Sequence record: OW849299.1
Strand: one strand, 5' to 3'
DNA: 64,000 bases
From: a plasmid
In this document: positions 20,095-28,839 of the stretch, one piece after another
Layout of the letters: every line of letters begins with the position of its first letter
Numbering within the stretch: position 1 is the first letter of the stretch
Position numbers and translations under genes: made by a program
Notes under the pieces: generated by a model
Told to the model about the DNA's origin: nothing
Seen by the model: only the letters and a program-made list of their open reading frames with translations
Databases searched by the model: none

Positions 20095-20125
20095 GGAGCC
20101 CAACTGGTGAGGAAGGGCTCCTTTT
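20095..20125 (+). terminator. Rho-independent terminator
   Basis: GGAGCCC-(13 nt)-GGGCTCC-TTTT. Confidence 0.5.
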
Positions 20126-20231
20126 AATTACTAGACGTTTTTACTACTTAACTTTCTGTCGGAGTAAACGGAAAATTAATTTGTTAATCACTGTCAGTAT
20201 AAGTACCCGATAAACGTGGTGCAACTCCGTA

Positions 20232-20777
20232 TCAGAAATTACCGCCAGTGCTTGAATCCAGCGCCCTGAACAGGGCTTCATGAGCGGCATCCAGAAGGCG
20301 TCCAGGCAGAAGGACATCATTCACGCGGTAACTCTGACCGTTCTGTGTGGTCACGGTGAGGTAATATTGATCGTCAAACTGCCTATCGGCACCGATATGC
20401 ACAATGTTGGACGTGTCGATCCAGCACAGGTTTGTGCCTTCCACAGGATGAAGAGGTTTGATTCGGCCTTTCAGCCATTTCTGCGGGCGTCCCGGCCAGG
20501 ATTTAATGGTAATGCCGTGCTTATAGTCGCGGGTTCTGGCCACAAAGGCCGCTACTTTATCTTCATCCATCTCTTTTGCTGAGGTGTTCTCCTTGAAGTA
20601 GTACGGATTGAGGTTGTATTGCAGCTCTTCAAATAGCTTCATATACGTCACCTGATCATCCAGGCTTTCCCCCTGATTTTTCAGGCTGCTGCCCCAAACT
20701 TCTTCCAGATTGGCTTTCAGCGCCAGCGTGACCGCCTCAAATTCTTCCTGATGTTTATCGTAGTAGTTGATATCCAT
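20232..20777 (-). CDS. Hypothetical protein (181 aa, AT-rich gene)
   Basis: Start MDINYYDKHQEEF… with SD AGGAGA; the longer ORF start at 20837 lacks an SD. Confidence 0.5.
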   Translation of the reverse strand: MDINYYDKHQEEFEAVTLALKANLEEVWGSSLKNQGESLDDQVTYMKLFEELQYNLNPYYFKENTSAKEMDEDKVAAFVARTRDYKHGITIKSWPGRPQKWLKGRIKPLHPVEGTNLCWIDTSNIVHIGADRQFDDQYYLTVTTQNGQSYRVNDVLLPGRLLDAAHEALFRALDSSTGGNF

Positions 20778-20917
20778 CGCGTCTCCTGTTGTGTTTATGG
20801 CGAATTTGCGGAAATAATATACATAAAAAATGTTCAAATATGAACATTTTCAGGCTATAAATACAGGCAGATTATAACAGGCCAGTCCACCAGGATTCGG
20901 CCAGGAGCTGAGTACGC

Positions 20918-21379
20918 ATGATAAAGAAACCACTTATTGCCGGCATCATGCTGGTTGTGGCGCACACCGCCGGCGCTGCGCAGGTTGATGATACCAATCT
21001 GCAGCAGATTTATACCGAGGCGGGCATTCAGGGTATATGCAGCGCCGGGATGCTGGCTGTGCCGGAAGGGGCCAGAGATGAAGTTGTCCCGCAGAACGTC
21101 AGACACCTCCTGGTTCAGTGTGCCTATTTCGACGAGCAGCAGTTGCGCCGGCGTGCCGGCCTTCCGGCTCAGACATTTAGCCACTGGCGTGACCGCAATG
21201 CGGTCCTTAATCTGTCGTCTGACCAGGTATCTGATGCGCTCTGGCTGTCAGCGTGGCGTGATTTCCGGGCACAACTGGCCTCGGCCTACCCGGCCCCGGC
21301 GGAAAAAAAGGCACAGGGGAAAGAGGCCGTACCCGCCGGCACGAAGCCCGGCACTGAGCATGGGAGTGCGGCGGATTGA
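20918..21379 (+). CDS. Secreted protein with signal peptide (153 aa), first gene of a five-gene operon
   Basis: MIKKPLIAGIMLVVAHTAGAAQV signal peptide; SD CAGGAG. Confidence 0.5.
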   Translation: MIKKPLIAGIMLVVAHTAGAAQVDDTNLQQIYTEAGIQGICSAGMLAVPEGARDEVVPQNVRHLLVQCAYFDEQQLRRRAGLPAQTFSHWRDRNAVLNLSSDQVSDALWLSAWRDFRAQLASAYPAPAEKKAQGKEAVPAGTKPGTEHGSAAD

Positions 21380-21624
21380 CCGGCTTTGACTTGATCCTGT
21401 GGCGACGGGGCCTGAACTGGACCCAGGAACGCGCCGCGGCTGAGCTCGGTATCAGCCGTACCAGCCTGGTAAAATATGAGGACGGTGAGACAGTACCCCG
21501 GACCATACAACTTGCCACCGTCGCGCTGACGCTGAAAGCGGAATGGCCCACCCTGAAAACCATGAGCAAAGACAGGCTGCTGCGGCAGCTGAAGTATGAA
21601 GTGCTGAGGATCGATAATGAATGA
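21376..21624 (+). CDS. XRE-family HTH transcriptional regulator (82 aa)
   Basis: …LNWTQERAAAELGISRTSLVKYEDGETVP…; TTG start overlapping the upstream stop (start uncertain). Confidence 0.5.
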   Translation: MTGFDLILWRRGLNWTQERAAAELGISRTSLVKYEDGETVPRTIQLATVALTLKAEWPTLKTMSKDRLLRQLKYEVLRIDNE

Positions 21625-22204
21625 GTCCATCCATGTTGTCGGCTCTTTTATCCTTGCGGGTATCCTGCTGTATGGCCTCTGGCAGGGTACACGGCGACGC
21701 CGGCGCCGGCACGAACGGAAACAGGCCAGCGCGGTACGTGTGATCGATAAAATTAATACGTTTCCGCATTTCGGGCAGAAAATTGCCTATCTGCGCAAGA
21801 TTGACCCGTTTGTGTTCGAAGAGCTGCTGCTTGAAGGCTTTGAACGCCGGGGCTTTGAAGTGATCCGTAACCGCCGGTATACCGGTGACGGCGGGATTGA
21901 TGGCCGTGTGAAGATTGATGGCCAGACCTGGCTTATCCAGGCCAAACGCTATACCAGCTATATTGCCGTTGGCCACGTCCGTGACTTCAGCGACCTGCTG
22001 AACGCCACCGGTGCCCGCGGTTTTTTCTGCCATACCGGCAAAACGCGCGAAGGCACCAAATCGCTCATTCGCGGAGACAGCCGCATGATCCTGGTCAGTG
22101 GCCAGAAGCTGCTAGACCTTATTGCCACCGATGCGCCGTTTATCCCGTATCCGGGATACCGGCCACCGACCGAAATGGTTCATCCTGAACAGGAGACAAC
22201 ATGA
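21617..22204 (+). CDS. Mrr-like restriction endonuclease catalytic domain (Mrr_cat) with an N-terminal transmembrane helix
   Basis: …FEELLLEGFERRGFEVIRNRRYTGDGGIDGRVKIDGQTWLIQAKRY… aligns with the E. coli Mrr C-terminus (GDGGID…QAKRY); the N-terminal 20 aa are hydrophobic. Confidence 0.65.
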   Translation: MNESIHVVGSFILAGILLYGLWQGTRRRRRRHERKQASAVRVIDKINTFPHFGQKIAYLRKIDPFVFEELLLEGFERRGFEVIRNRRYTGDGGIDGRVKIDGQTWLIQAKRYTSYIAVGHVRDFSDLLNATGARGFFCHTGKTREGTKSLIRGDSRMILVSGQKLLDLIATDAPFIPYPGYRPPTEMVHPEQETT

Positions 22205-22686
22205 AATTCAAAGGATACGTCGCCGCCCTGCCGGCACTGCTGCTGACAGGGTGCGCCATGCTCCCCGGACAGCCCACCGATTATGACCGCTTCTGTAACG
22301 TCTCAGGCATCGCCAGCCACGGCGAAACCTACCGTGTCAGTGACAGCCAGGATTTCTGGTTAACCCCGAACGGCCGCTATCTCAGCCAGGCTGAGTACAG
22401 CAGTCCGGCAGATACGCTTCAGAAACTGACGGGCGTGGTCAGTGGTGAAGATCCTGACCAGGTGCGGAAGAACGCCGTCAGGGTAAGGGTGTTCCGCGTC
22501 GAGAGTGAAAACAGCCATAAAGGTGCGTGCCTGCCTGTGCGTTATGACGATAATGGCGCACAGCGTAAAATGGATTCACTGACTAACGGCCGCCGTATGG
22601 TGGTATTCAGTGAAGATGAAGGTCAGTCTGGTCAGCAGATTTACAACAAAAGTCGTGGTACAGGATTCAGTTACAGGTTGTTATGA
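22201..22686 (+). CDS. Lipoprotein (lipobox LLTGC), 161 aa
   Basis: ATGA overlap with the Mrr-like gene; signal peptide plus Cys. Confidence 0.55.
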   Translation: MKFKGYVAALPALLLTGCAMLPGQPTDYDRFCNVSGIASHGETYRVSDSQDFWLTPNGRYLSQAEYSSPADTLQKLTGVVSGEDPDQVRKNAVRVRVFRVESENSHKGACLPVRYDDNGAQRKMDSLTNGRRMVVFSEDEGQSGQQIYNKSRGTGFSYRLL

Positions 22687-22931
22687 GTGGATTGAAAGGC
22701 CGCCGAATCAGCGCGGATATGTTTGCTATGATGTTAAAAGTATCTGCCGGGCAGCTGGTTTTTGCAGCCCGGCATGACAAGCCTTTACGCGGACTGACCC
22801 TACCCCCTTACAGAATCGAAGGCGGGAAAAGCTGGAGCTCGACCGCCTCCACCCGCAGTATGACGTTTGATATGCAGGATGCGGTCGAATTCAGCGAGAA
22901 ATTTCATAAAATTCAGTCGCCTGACGGCTGA
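22683..22931 (+). CDS. Hypothetical protein (82 aa), last gene of the operon
   Basis: ATGA overlap with the lipoprotein gene. Confidence 0.4.
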   Translation: MSGLKGRRISADMFAMMLKVSAGQLVFAARHDKPLRGLTLPPYRIEGGKSWSSTASTRSMTFDMQDAVEFSEKFHKIQSPDG

Positions 22932-22949
22932 TTAGCGGATTTTAAAAAA

Positions 22950-23690
22950 TTGAACACTTTCCCCCTGCAAATTTCCCAGAATTCACGTAGCGACGCCATC
23001 GGGACCGGGCGCGTGACATATGCCTACTTCGATTATGCCGATGCGCTGGCGCTGCGGGAGATGGCCAGCCAGGCTGATTTACCCAAATACCTGCTGGCCC
23101 CGGAGGTGTCGGTGTTTCTGCGGTATGTGCCAGACCTGCGCCAGCAGGTCCTTTTCGATACCCTCTGGAACACGGGCGCGCGTATTAATGAGGCGCTGGC
23201 GCTGACCGGCGCCAGCTTTCAGCTTGACGGTTCCCGGCCGTTTGTCCGGCTGAAGACGCTTAAACAGCGTCAGCGTGGCCGCGGCAGGCCGGGCAAGGAT
23301 GAAGAGGTGTTCCGTCTTGTTCCTCTGACCGATCCTCAATATGTCAGGAAGGTGCGTGAATTTCTGACCACCCTGCGTATTGGTAAACAGCAGCTGCTCT
23401 GGCCGGTGCAGAGTGATAACACGCCGCGTAACTGGATCAGGAAGGCACTGGACCTCGCAAAACGTGACTCTGTCACTTTTAGTATCCCTGTTACCTGCCA
23501 CACGTTCCGTCACAGCTTCTGTATGCACCTGATCCAGCATGGGGTTCCGCTGAAAGTTGTACAGGCTTATGCCGGGCATTCCCGGCTGGAAACCACAGAA
23601 ACCTACACGCGCGTGTTTGCGCTCGATGTTGGTCGTCAGTATGGCGTCCGATTCAGCCTGCCAGACAGTCATTTAACGCTCCCGGAATAA
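22950..23690 (+). CDS. resD: Tyrosine recombinase (phage-integrase family), plasmid multimer resolvase ResD-like
   Basis: C-terminal catalytic motifs …HTFRHSFCMHLIQHGVPLKVVQAYAGHSRLETTETYTRV…; the ORF-track start is TTG, so the true start is uncertain. Confidence 0.65.
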   Translation: MNTFPLQISQNSRSDAIGTGRVTYAYFDYADALALREMASQADLPKYLLAPEVSVFLRYVPDLRQQVLFDTLWNTGARINEALALTGASFQLDGSRPFVRLKTLKQRQRGRGRPGKDEEVFRLVPLTDPQYVRKVREFLTTLRIGKQQLLWPVQSDNTPRNWIRKALDLAKRDSVTFSIPVTCHTFRHSFCMHLIQHGVPLKVVQAYAGHSRLETTETYTRVFALDVGRQYGVRFSLPDSHLTLPE

Positions 23691-23751
23691 TCTGTATCCC
23701 TCCCTGATATTTCCGTATAAATCTAAATAAATCCCTTTTCTTTCTATGTCA

Positions 23752-23783
23752 GACCGTTTTCAGGACGGTCTGACCGTCTTTTG
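23752..23783 (+). terminator. Terminator downstream of resD
   Basis: GACCGT-tttcag-GACGGTC / GACGGTC-t-GACCGTC overlapping hairpins followed by TTTTG. Confidence 0.5.
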
Positions 23784-23860
23784 TTGATTTTTATTCGGTA
23801 TTTTTCTGTATTTTTCTATATTGGTGCATCTTTTTGTCTTTACACGTCAGCAGAGATGCG
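23784..23860. promoter_or_regulatory. Candidate parC-like centromere / parMR promoter region with short direct repeats (TATTTTTCT ×2, TCTTTTTGTCT)
   Basis: AT-rich repeat cluster immediately upstream of parM. Confidence 0.3.
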
Positions 23861-23930
23861 TAATAATCCATTTGAAAGCTGTATTTTTCCTGATTTCTAC
23901 GGTTTTTTTCTAAATAATGTGAGGTTCAAA

Positions 23931-24905
23931 ATGCGTATTTTTGTTGATGACGGTTCCACCAACATCAAACTGGCCTGGATGGAAGAAGGCGCAGTGAAAA
24001 CGTTGATCAGTCCGAACAGCTTCAAGCCCGAATGGTCCATGACATTGCTGACAGATTCATCGGTGCCGGCTTCCGCCAACTATGAAATTGACGGGGAAAA
24101 GTACAGCTTTGACCAGCTGAGCCCGGATGCCGTGCGCACCACGGAAACACGCTATCAGTACAGTGATGTGAATGTCGTCGCTATCCACCATGCCCTGATG
24201 CAGTCTGGCATTGAACCGCAGCCGGTTGATGTTGTGGTGACGCTGCCGCTGGGCGAGTACCTGGATGAAAACGATCAGCCTAATATGGCCAACATCGAGC
24301 GGAAAAAAGCGAACGTGAAGCGCGCGGTGGCCGTTCAGGGGCGTGAGAGCTTTACCGTGCGTAAAGTCAGCGTACTGCCAGAGTCGGTCCCTGCAGGCTT
24401 CAGTGTGCTGAAGGATCTGGACGATCTGGACTCCCTGCTGATTGTGGATATCGGTGGAACCACGCTGGATATCGCGCACGTTCGCAGCAAAATGTCCGGA
24501 TTCACCAAGACGCATTGCGATCCTAAAACCGGCGTATCCATCATCACCGAAGCCGTAAAACATGCACTGGATACCAGTGTGAGCACCCGTACCAGTTCGT
24601 ATTTTGCCGACCGTCTGATCCAGGCGCGAAATGACGAAACGTTTCTTTCCCGTTACCTCCAGAATGCTGACCAGCGGGCCCAGGTGATGAAGGTACTGCA
24701 TGAGCGGGAAAAAGCCCTGACGCACCGTGTCACCGATTCAGTTGGCCGCTTTGCCGGCTTCACGCACGTCATGGTTGTCGGTGGCGGTGCCAGCCTGGTC
24801 GCCGGCGCAGTGAAGCAGGCCACGGGGGTGAGTGACGATCGTTTCTTCGTCAGTGATAACCCGCAATTCGATCTGGTTCTGGGTATGGTGGCAATGAAGG
24901 GCTGA
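23931..24905 (+). CDS. parM: ParM/StbA actin-like plasmid segregation ATPase
   Basis: MRIFVDDGSTNIKLAW… (actin-fold phosphate-1 motif DDGSTNIK); SD GAGGTT. Confidence 0.8.
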   Translation: MRIFVDDGSTNIKLAWMEEGAVKTLISPNSFKPEWSMTLLTDSSVPASANYEIDGEKYSFDQLSPDAVRTTETRYQYSDVNVVAIHHALMQSGIEPQPVDVVVTLPLGEYLDENDQPNMANIERKKANVKRAVAVQGRESFTVRKVSVLPESVPAGFSVLKDLDDLDSLLIVDIGGTTLDIAHVRSKMSGFTKTHCDPKTGVSIITEAVKHALDTSVSTRTSSYFADRLIQARNDETFLSRYLQNADQRAQVMKVLHEREKALTHRVTDSVGRFAGFTHVMVVGGGASLVAGAVKQATGVSDDRFFVSDNPQFDLVLGMVAMKG

Positions 24906-24907
24906 GT

Positions 24908-25351
24908 ATGACTGATAACCGTAAGTGCTCGTTTTATATCTACCCGGAGCGCAATGCGGCGGACCGGGTAGCCGACGGCTTTCTTGAGAAACTGCCTCAG
25001 AAAGAGCGTGGCCGCGCGATGCGCGCCATGATGCTCTGTGGTGCCGCGTTGATGAAGCAGGACGAACGCCTGCCGTTCCTGATCGCTGAATTCCTGACGG
25101 AGAGCACCACGATGCAGGATATTCAGCGGATCATCAGCAGTACGCTGCCGCAGCAGGATACAGGAGAAATGGCGCGTCTGGTTGAGGCGTTTCTGCAGGC
25201 CACCGGCGGTGGCAGCAATACGGTGTCGCCGGCAGGCGGCGCTGCGCCGGAAAACAGTCCCGCCGTGGCTCCCGAACCGGCAGCACCGGAGGATAAGAAT
25301 CTGGAAGAAACCCGTAAGAACGTCCAGCATCTGTTCCCGGATGATGATTAA
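24908..25351 (+). CDS. parR: ParR/StbB-like segregation adaptor protein
   Basis: 147 aa directly after parM; acidic/proline-rich C-terminus. Confidence 0.6.
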   Translation: MTDNRKCSFYIYPERNAADRVADGFLEKLPQKERGRAMRAMMLCGAALMKQDERLPFLIAEFLTESTTMQDIQRIISSTLPQQDTGEMARLVEAFLQATGGGSNTVSPAGGAAPENSPAVAPEPAAPEDKNLEETRKNVQHLFPDDD

Positions 25352-25360
25352 GGGGGCTGC

Positions 25361-25924
25361 GTGAAAAAATATGTGCTGTTAACCCTGACCCTCATCGCCG
25401 GCGCCGTGGCAGCAAACCCGGTAACAGCGGCCGGCAATATTGCCGGCGATGTCCAGGCGCAAGCTGCGACTGAAGTGAAAACCGGGTTTTCACCCGGCGG
25501 GACCGCATTAAATCTGGTTCTGGATTCAATCGACCACGCGCAGCATGAGATTCTGGTTGCCGCGTACAGCCTGACCAGTCGTCCTGTTGCCGGCGCGTTG
25601 CGTGCCGCAAAAAAACGGGGCGTATCGGTGGTGGTGGTGGCCGATCGCAAAGCGAACGACAACCGGTACACCGAAGTGAACTTTCTGGCCAATAACCGCG
25701 TGGCGGTGCGGATCAACGATAACTACGAGGCCATGCATGATAAATTCATGGTCTTTGACCGCCGCGCCGTATTGACCGGCTCGTTTAACTTCAGCGCCAG
25801 CGCAGACAGTCGTAATGCGGAAAATGTGGTGCTGATCAGCGGCGCGCCTGCAGTAACTGAAGCCTACGTGAACGAGTTTTCCCGTTTATGGGACGAAGGA
25901 AAGGACGTGGCTCCACGGTACTGA
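25361..25924 (+). CDS. nuc: Phospholipase D-family endonuclease Nuc (secreted, single HKD motif)
   Basis: GTG start with SD AAGGGGG; signal peptide; HKD motif AMHDKFMVFD…GSFNFSASA. Confidence 0.75.
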   Translation: MKKYVLLTLTLIAGAVAANPVTAAGNIAGDVQAQAATEVKTGFSPGGTALNLVLDSIDHAQHEILVAAYSLTSRPVAGALRAAKKRGVSVVVVADRKANDNRYTEVNFLANNRVAVRINDNYEAMHDKFMVFDRRAVLTGSFNFSASADSRNAENVVLISGAPAVTEAYVNEFSRLWDEGKDVAPRY

Positions 25925-25964
25925 CCTACAGCAGCGGCAGAAACTCTGCCGCCTGATTTTTAAC

Positions 25965-26041
25965 TTGATTTATATGGCTCATTCGTCGTATTATCAAGGC
26001 TCATTTTTCGGTAGCGCCCCGACTGGCGAAGGAGTAAAACC
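25965..26041 (+). promoter_or_regulatory. Leading-region promoter/leader element, copy a (diverged: TTGATT-18-TATTAT, then conserved leader)
   Basis: TTGATTTATATGGCTCATTCGTCGTATTAT… then CGGTAGCGCCCCGACTGGCGAAGGAG 7 nt before the ATG at 26042. Confidence 0.55.
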
Positions 26042-26548
26042 ATGCAATCATTCCCCCTGTTCGTTTCCCGTGTCGTTCCTGTGATCACCCTGAGCCATTG
26101 TCTGCGGCAGCGGCGCTGGTCCCTGCACAACACGCCATGCCAGATTGACCTGAGATCAGGTTGTCACCTGCGCTCACAGCCTTTCGGCACGCTATCCAGA
26201 CGGGAAATAAGCGACCGGCCACCGGCTATGCCCCGCGGTTACTGGTTCAGGCAATGCAGCCGGGATGTCATGTTTACGGGGCGCATCGATCAGGCAGATC
26301 CTATGAAACAGGTCTATTACAACGAAGGCTGGAGCGGTCCGAACAAGTATACGTTTGAAGTTTATCAGCTGGAGAACGGGAGTTACCGGGCGCTGGCCCG
26401 CAAATGGAATGGCAAAATCAACAAGGTGCAGCAGGAAACGCAGTACCTGTCTGACACGCGGGAGGGGCTGAAGCACCAGGACTATCCCCGCACGCGCCAG
26501 GTGAAAATTTTTCTGAATTCAGACTTCTGGGAGAAGGGTAATGATTAA
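26042..26548 (+). CDS. Hypothetical protein (168 aa)
   Basis: Preceded by the conserved leader + SD. Confidence 0.55.
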   Translation: MQSFPLFVSRVVPVITLSHCLRQRRWSLHNTPCQIDLRSGCHLRSQPFGTLSRREISDRPPAMPRGYWFRQCSRDVMFTGRIDQADPMKQVYYNEGWSGPNKYTFEVYQLENGSYRALARKWNGKINKVQQETQYLSDTREGLKHQDYPRTRQVKIFLNSDFWEKGND

Positions 26549-27020
26549 GATGGTTAGCGTCGTTCCGCAGCCGGAAACAGTGAAGACGCTCCGGGAAAAA
26601 ATGGGCATGACTGAAACCGCATTAGGGGCTGTCATGGGGTACGAACTGCGCGCCTGGCAGCGTAAGGAAGCTATCAGCGACGATCTCAGCCAGTACAACA
26701 AGACCAGTCTTCGCCCAGGCGAATATAACATGCTGATGCTGATCGCCGGCGTGCATCCTGATTACCGCCTGAACAGGGCATTCAGTCCTGATGATATGGT
26801 CAAAGATCCCGCCACGGCCGAAGACGTTCGCCGCCTGCGTCTGGCGCTGGGGCTGAAGCACGCTGAAATTGCAGCGCTGTTTGGCTATAAACCGGCGTCA
26901 TGGCAGACCAAAGAAAAGGCTGCTCAGCGCGGCGTAAAGCTCAAGACCGGGGAATTCAATTTCCTGTTACTTCTGGCCGGTGAGCATCCGTCACTGCAGC
27001 TGGTTGAGAAGGCGAAATAA
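26541..27020 (+). CDS. Protein with two tandem XRE-like HTH modules (159 aa)
   Basis: Internal duplication: …MGMTETALGAVMGYELRAWQRKEA…RPGEYNMLMLIAGVHP… / …LGLKHAEIAALFGYKPASWQTKEK…KTGEFNFLLLLAGEHP…. Confidence 0.55.
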   Translation: MIKMVSVVPQPETVKTLREKMGMTETALGAVMGYELRAWQRKEAISDDLSQYNKTSLRPGEYNMLMLIAGVHPDYRLNRAFSPDDMVKDPATAEDVRRLRLALGLKHAEIAALFGYKPASWQTKEKAAQRGVKLKTGEFNFLLLLAGEHPSLQLVEKAK

Positions 27021-27048
27021 GGCCCGCGGCGACCAGAGAGGACCCTTT

Positions 27049-27459
27049 ATGATCACCACACGCCGAATGTTAATGCTGTATGCCTGCCTTGTGCCCGTAG
27101 CCCTGACAGGGTGTGATCTGGCTGATTATTTCCCGAATGTGCCACAGCCCGTGCCCGTGATTTCGCCCGGCTATCAGGTTGATATCGATGGCCACCCGGT
27201 CCGAATATCAGGATTTGATGACTGTCCGCGGGAAAAAGATGAAGCCCGGCACGCAGCTGCACAAGATGAGAAAGGCTGCATTGTGCTGTCTGCAGAGCGT
27301 TCCGAGGTGAAGGTCAGACTGTATCAGCCAGCCGGCGCCGTCACCGAAACCTGGCGGATCATCCGGGAAAAAGACGCTCGCCAGAACGATATTATTCGCC
27401 TGCAGCGCCCGAACGGTGCGCTTGTGATGCAAAATTTACAGGGGAAAGAGTCTCCTTAA
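27049..27459 (+). CDS. Lipoprotein (lipobox LTGC), 136 aa
   Basis: MITTRRMLMLYACLVPVALTGC; SD GAGAGGA. Confidence 0.55.
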   Translation: MITTRRMLMLYACLVPVALTGCDLADYFPNVPQPVPVISPGYQVDIDGHPVRISGFDDCPREKDEARHAAAQDEKGCIVLSAERSEVKVRLYQPAGAVTETWRIIREKDARQNDIIRLQRPNGALVMQNLQGKESP

Positions 27460-27482
27460 ACCAGGGAAATAACAAAATTAAC

Positions 27483-27576
27483 TTGATTTATATGGCTCAT
27501 TAGACGTATAATAATTACATCGAAAGGCAATCCGGTCTTTCGACGGTAGCGCCCCGACCGGCGCAGGAGTCACCTT
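27483..27576 (+). promoter_or_regulatory. Leading-region promoter/leader element, copy b
   Basis: TTGATT-18-TATAAT with ATGGCTCATTAGACGTATAAT core; leader hairpins TCGAAAG…CTTTCGA and GCGCC-ccgacc-GGCGC then AGGAG. Confidence 0.6.
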
Positions 27577-27840
27577 ATGACTGCTCTCAATTCTCAGCAA
27601 CAGGCTGATGTTGCCCGCTATATCCGGGAACATGGCAATAAAACCGTTATTTCCCCTGAATGGTCACTTATTTATTTCTCGCTGTGTCAGTGTGAATTAC
27701 ATCAATCGCATGAAGCCATTATTTTTCATAATGGCCGACCTGCAGGGCTATTTATTCTGAATGAAACAGGCGAGCTCACCGAATTATATCTGCTGGGGTC
27801 GCTTTCTGACATTCTCACCGCCGCTGCGGTCAACAAATAG
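27577..27840 (+). CDS. Hypothetical protein (87 aa)
   Basis: ATG 7 nt after the leader SD. Confidence 0.5.
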   Translation: MTALNSQQQADVARYIREHGNKTVISPEWSLIYFSLCQCELHQSHEAIIFHNGRPAGLFILNETGELTELYLLGSLSDILTAAAVNK

Positions 27841-27861
27841 CTTTCAGGGAGTAAATACACT

Positions 27862-28224
27862 ATGACCATGCAATCAGAACTTGTTTTTACTGATCCTATG
27901 CTCAACGTCGTTATTGCTGAAGTTAAGCGTTTTAATTGCCCGCTTCTTTTTGTCAAAGATCATGGCGTGTATGTGATGGCGGCGAAAGGTGAGAAAAACA
28001 GTAATGGGATGCACAATGTCTGTTACGCCAATGGTTTTAATCCGGATACAACGGATTTTGACGAGCTCTGGGACCGGATGCGTGATGCCTGTGGCGGAGA
28101 TGATTTTTGCGAATCCCTGGAGCTCGATCCGAGGTCGATTGAACTTCTCAGCCGTACCAAACCCTGCCTGAAAATTATGCTTTCAGAGACGGAACTGGAA
28201 GTTATTGCAGGGGGACAGAAATAG
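27862..28224 (+). CDS. Hypothetical protein (120 aa)
   Basis: SD AGGGAG; acidic protein; no family recognised. Confidence 0.5.
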   Translation: MTMQSELVFTDPMLNVVIAEVKRFNCPLLFVKDHGVYVMAAKGEKNSNGMHNVCYANGFNPDTTDFDELWDRMRDACGGDDFCESLELDPRSIELLSRTKPCLKIMLSETELEVIAGGQK

Positions 28225-28268
28225 ACCATAAAAGCCCGTTAAATCGGGCTTTTTTATATTTCACTGTA

Positions 28269-28300
28269 TTTACATCTAGGACAAAATGTCCTATTATATA
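28269..28300 (+). promoter_or_regulatory. Promoter TTTACA-17-TATTAT with a perfect 7-3-7 palindrome TAGGACAAAATGTCCTA (28277-28293) in the spacer; KorC-operator-like
   Basis: The palindrome closely resembles the RK2 KorC operator TAGGGCATAATGCCCTA (recall); it lies upstream of the radC-like/korC-like pair, suggesting autoregulation. Confidence 0.55.
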
Positions 28301-28345
28301 TTTGTGGCCGGGCATGGTGCTCAGGTCCCCTAACGAGGGAAATAT

Positions 28346-28795
28346 ATGAAATTTTCAGCAGAAGAACTCAACATTATCCGCCAGGCGGACGCCATTATTG
28401 CCGGTAAAATTACCACAACGGATTTTATCACCGGCGCCGACGCCGCGCGTTCCTTACTGCGGTTTCGTCTTGCTGCAGAACCACGCGAATCATTCTGCGC
28501 GTTCTTTCTTAACTGCCACAACGGCGTGATTGCGTTTGAAGAACTGTTTAAGGGAACTATCAGCAGCGTCACCGTTCATCCGCGTATCGTCCTGCAACGC
28601 GCCCTGCATCATAATGCCGCCGCCGTGGTACTGGCGCATAACCATCCTTCCGCTAACACTACACCCAGCCAGGCTGACAAGCTGATCACCGAGCGTCTGG
28701 CGCAGGTGCTGGGGATGGTTGATGTCAAAGTCCTCGATCACCTGATTGTGGGCGGCAGCGATATTTACTCTTTTGCTGAACATGGTCTGATTTGA
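28346..28795 (+). CDS. radC: RadC-like JAB-domain protein (UPF0758 / DUF2466 family)
   Basis: …HNHPSANTTPSQADKLITERL… JAMM/RadC signature; 149 aa. Confidence 0.7.
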   Translation: MKFSAEELNIIRQADAIIAGKITTTDFITGADAARSLLRFRLAAEPRESFCAFFLNCHNGVIAFEELFKGTISSVTVHPRIVLQRALHHNAAAVVLAHNHPSANTTPSQADKLITERLAQVLGMVDVKVLDHLIVGGSDIYSFAEHGLI

Positions 28796-28839
28796 TAACC
28801 GCGGCCGCACAGTGGTGCGGCCGGCTCTGGAGGCTTGCT

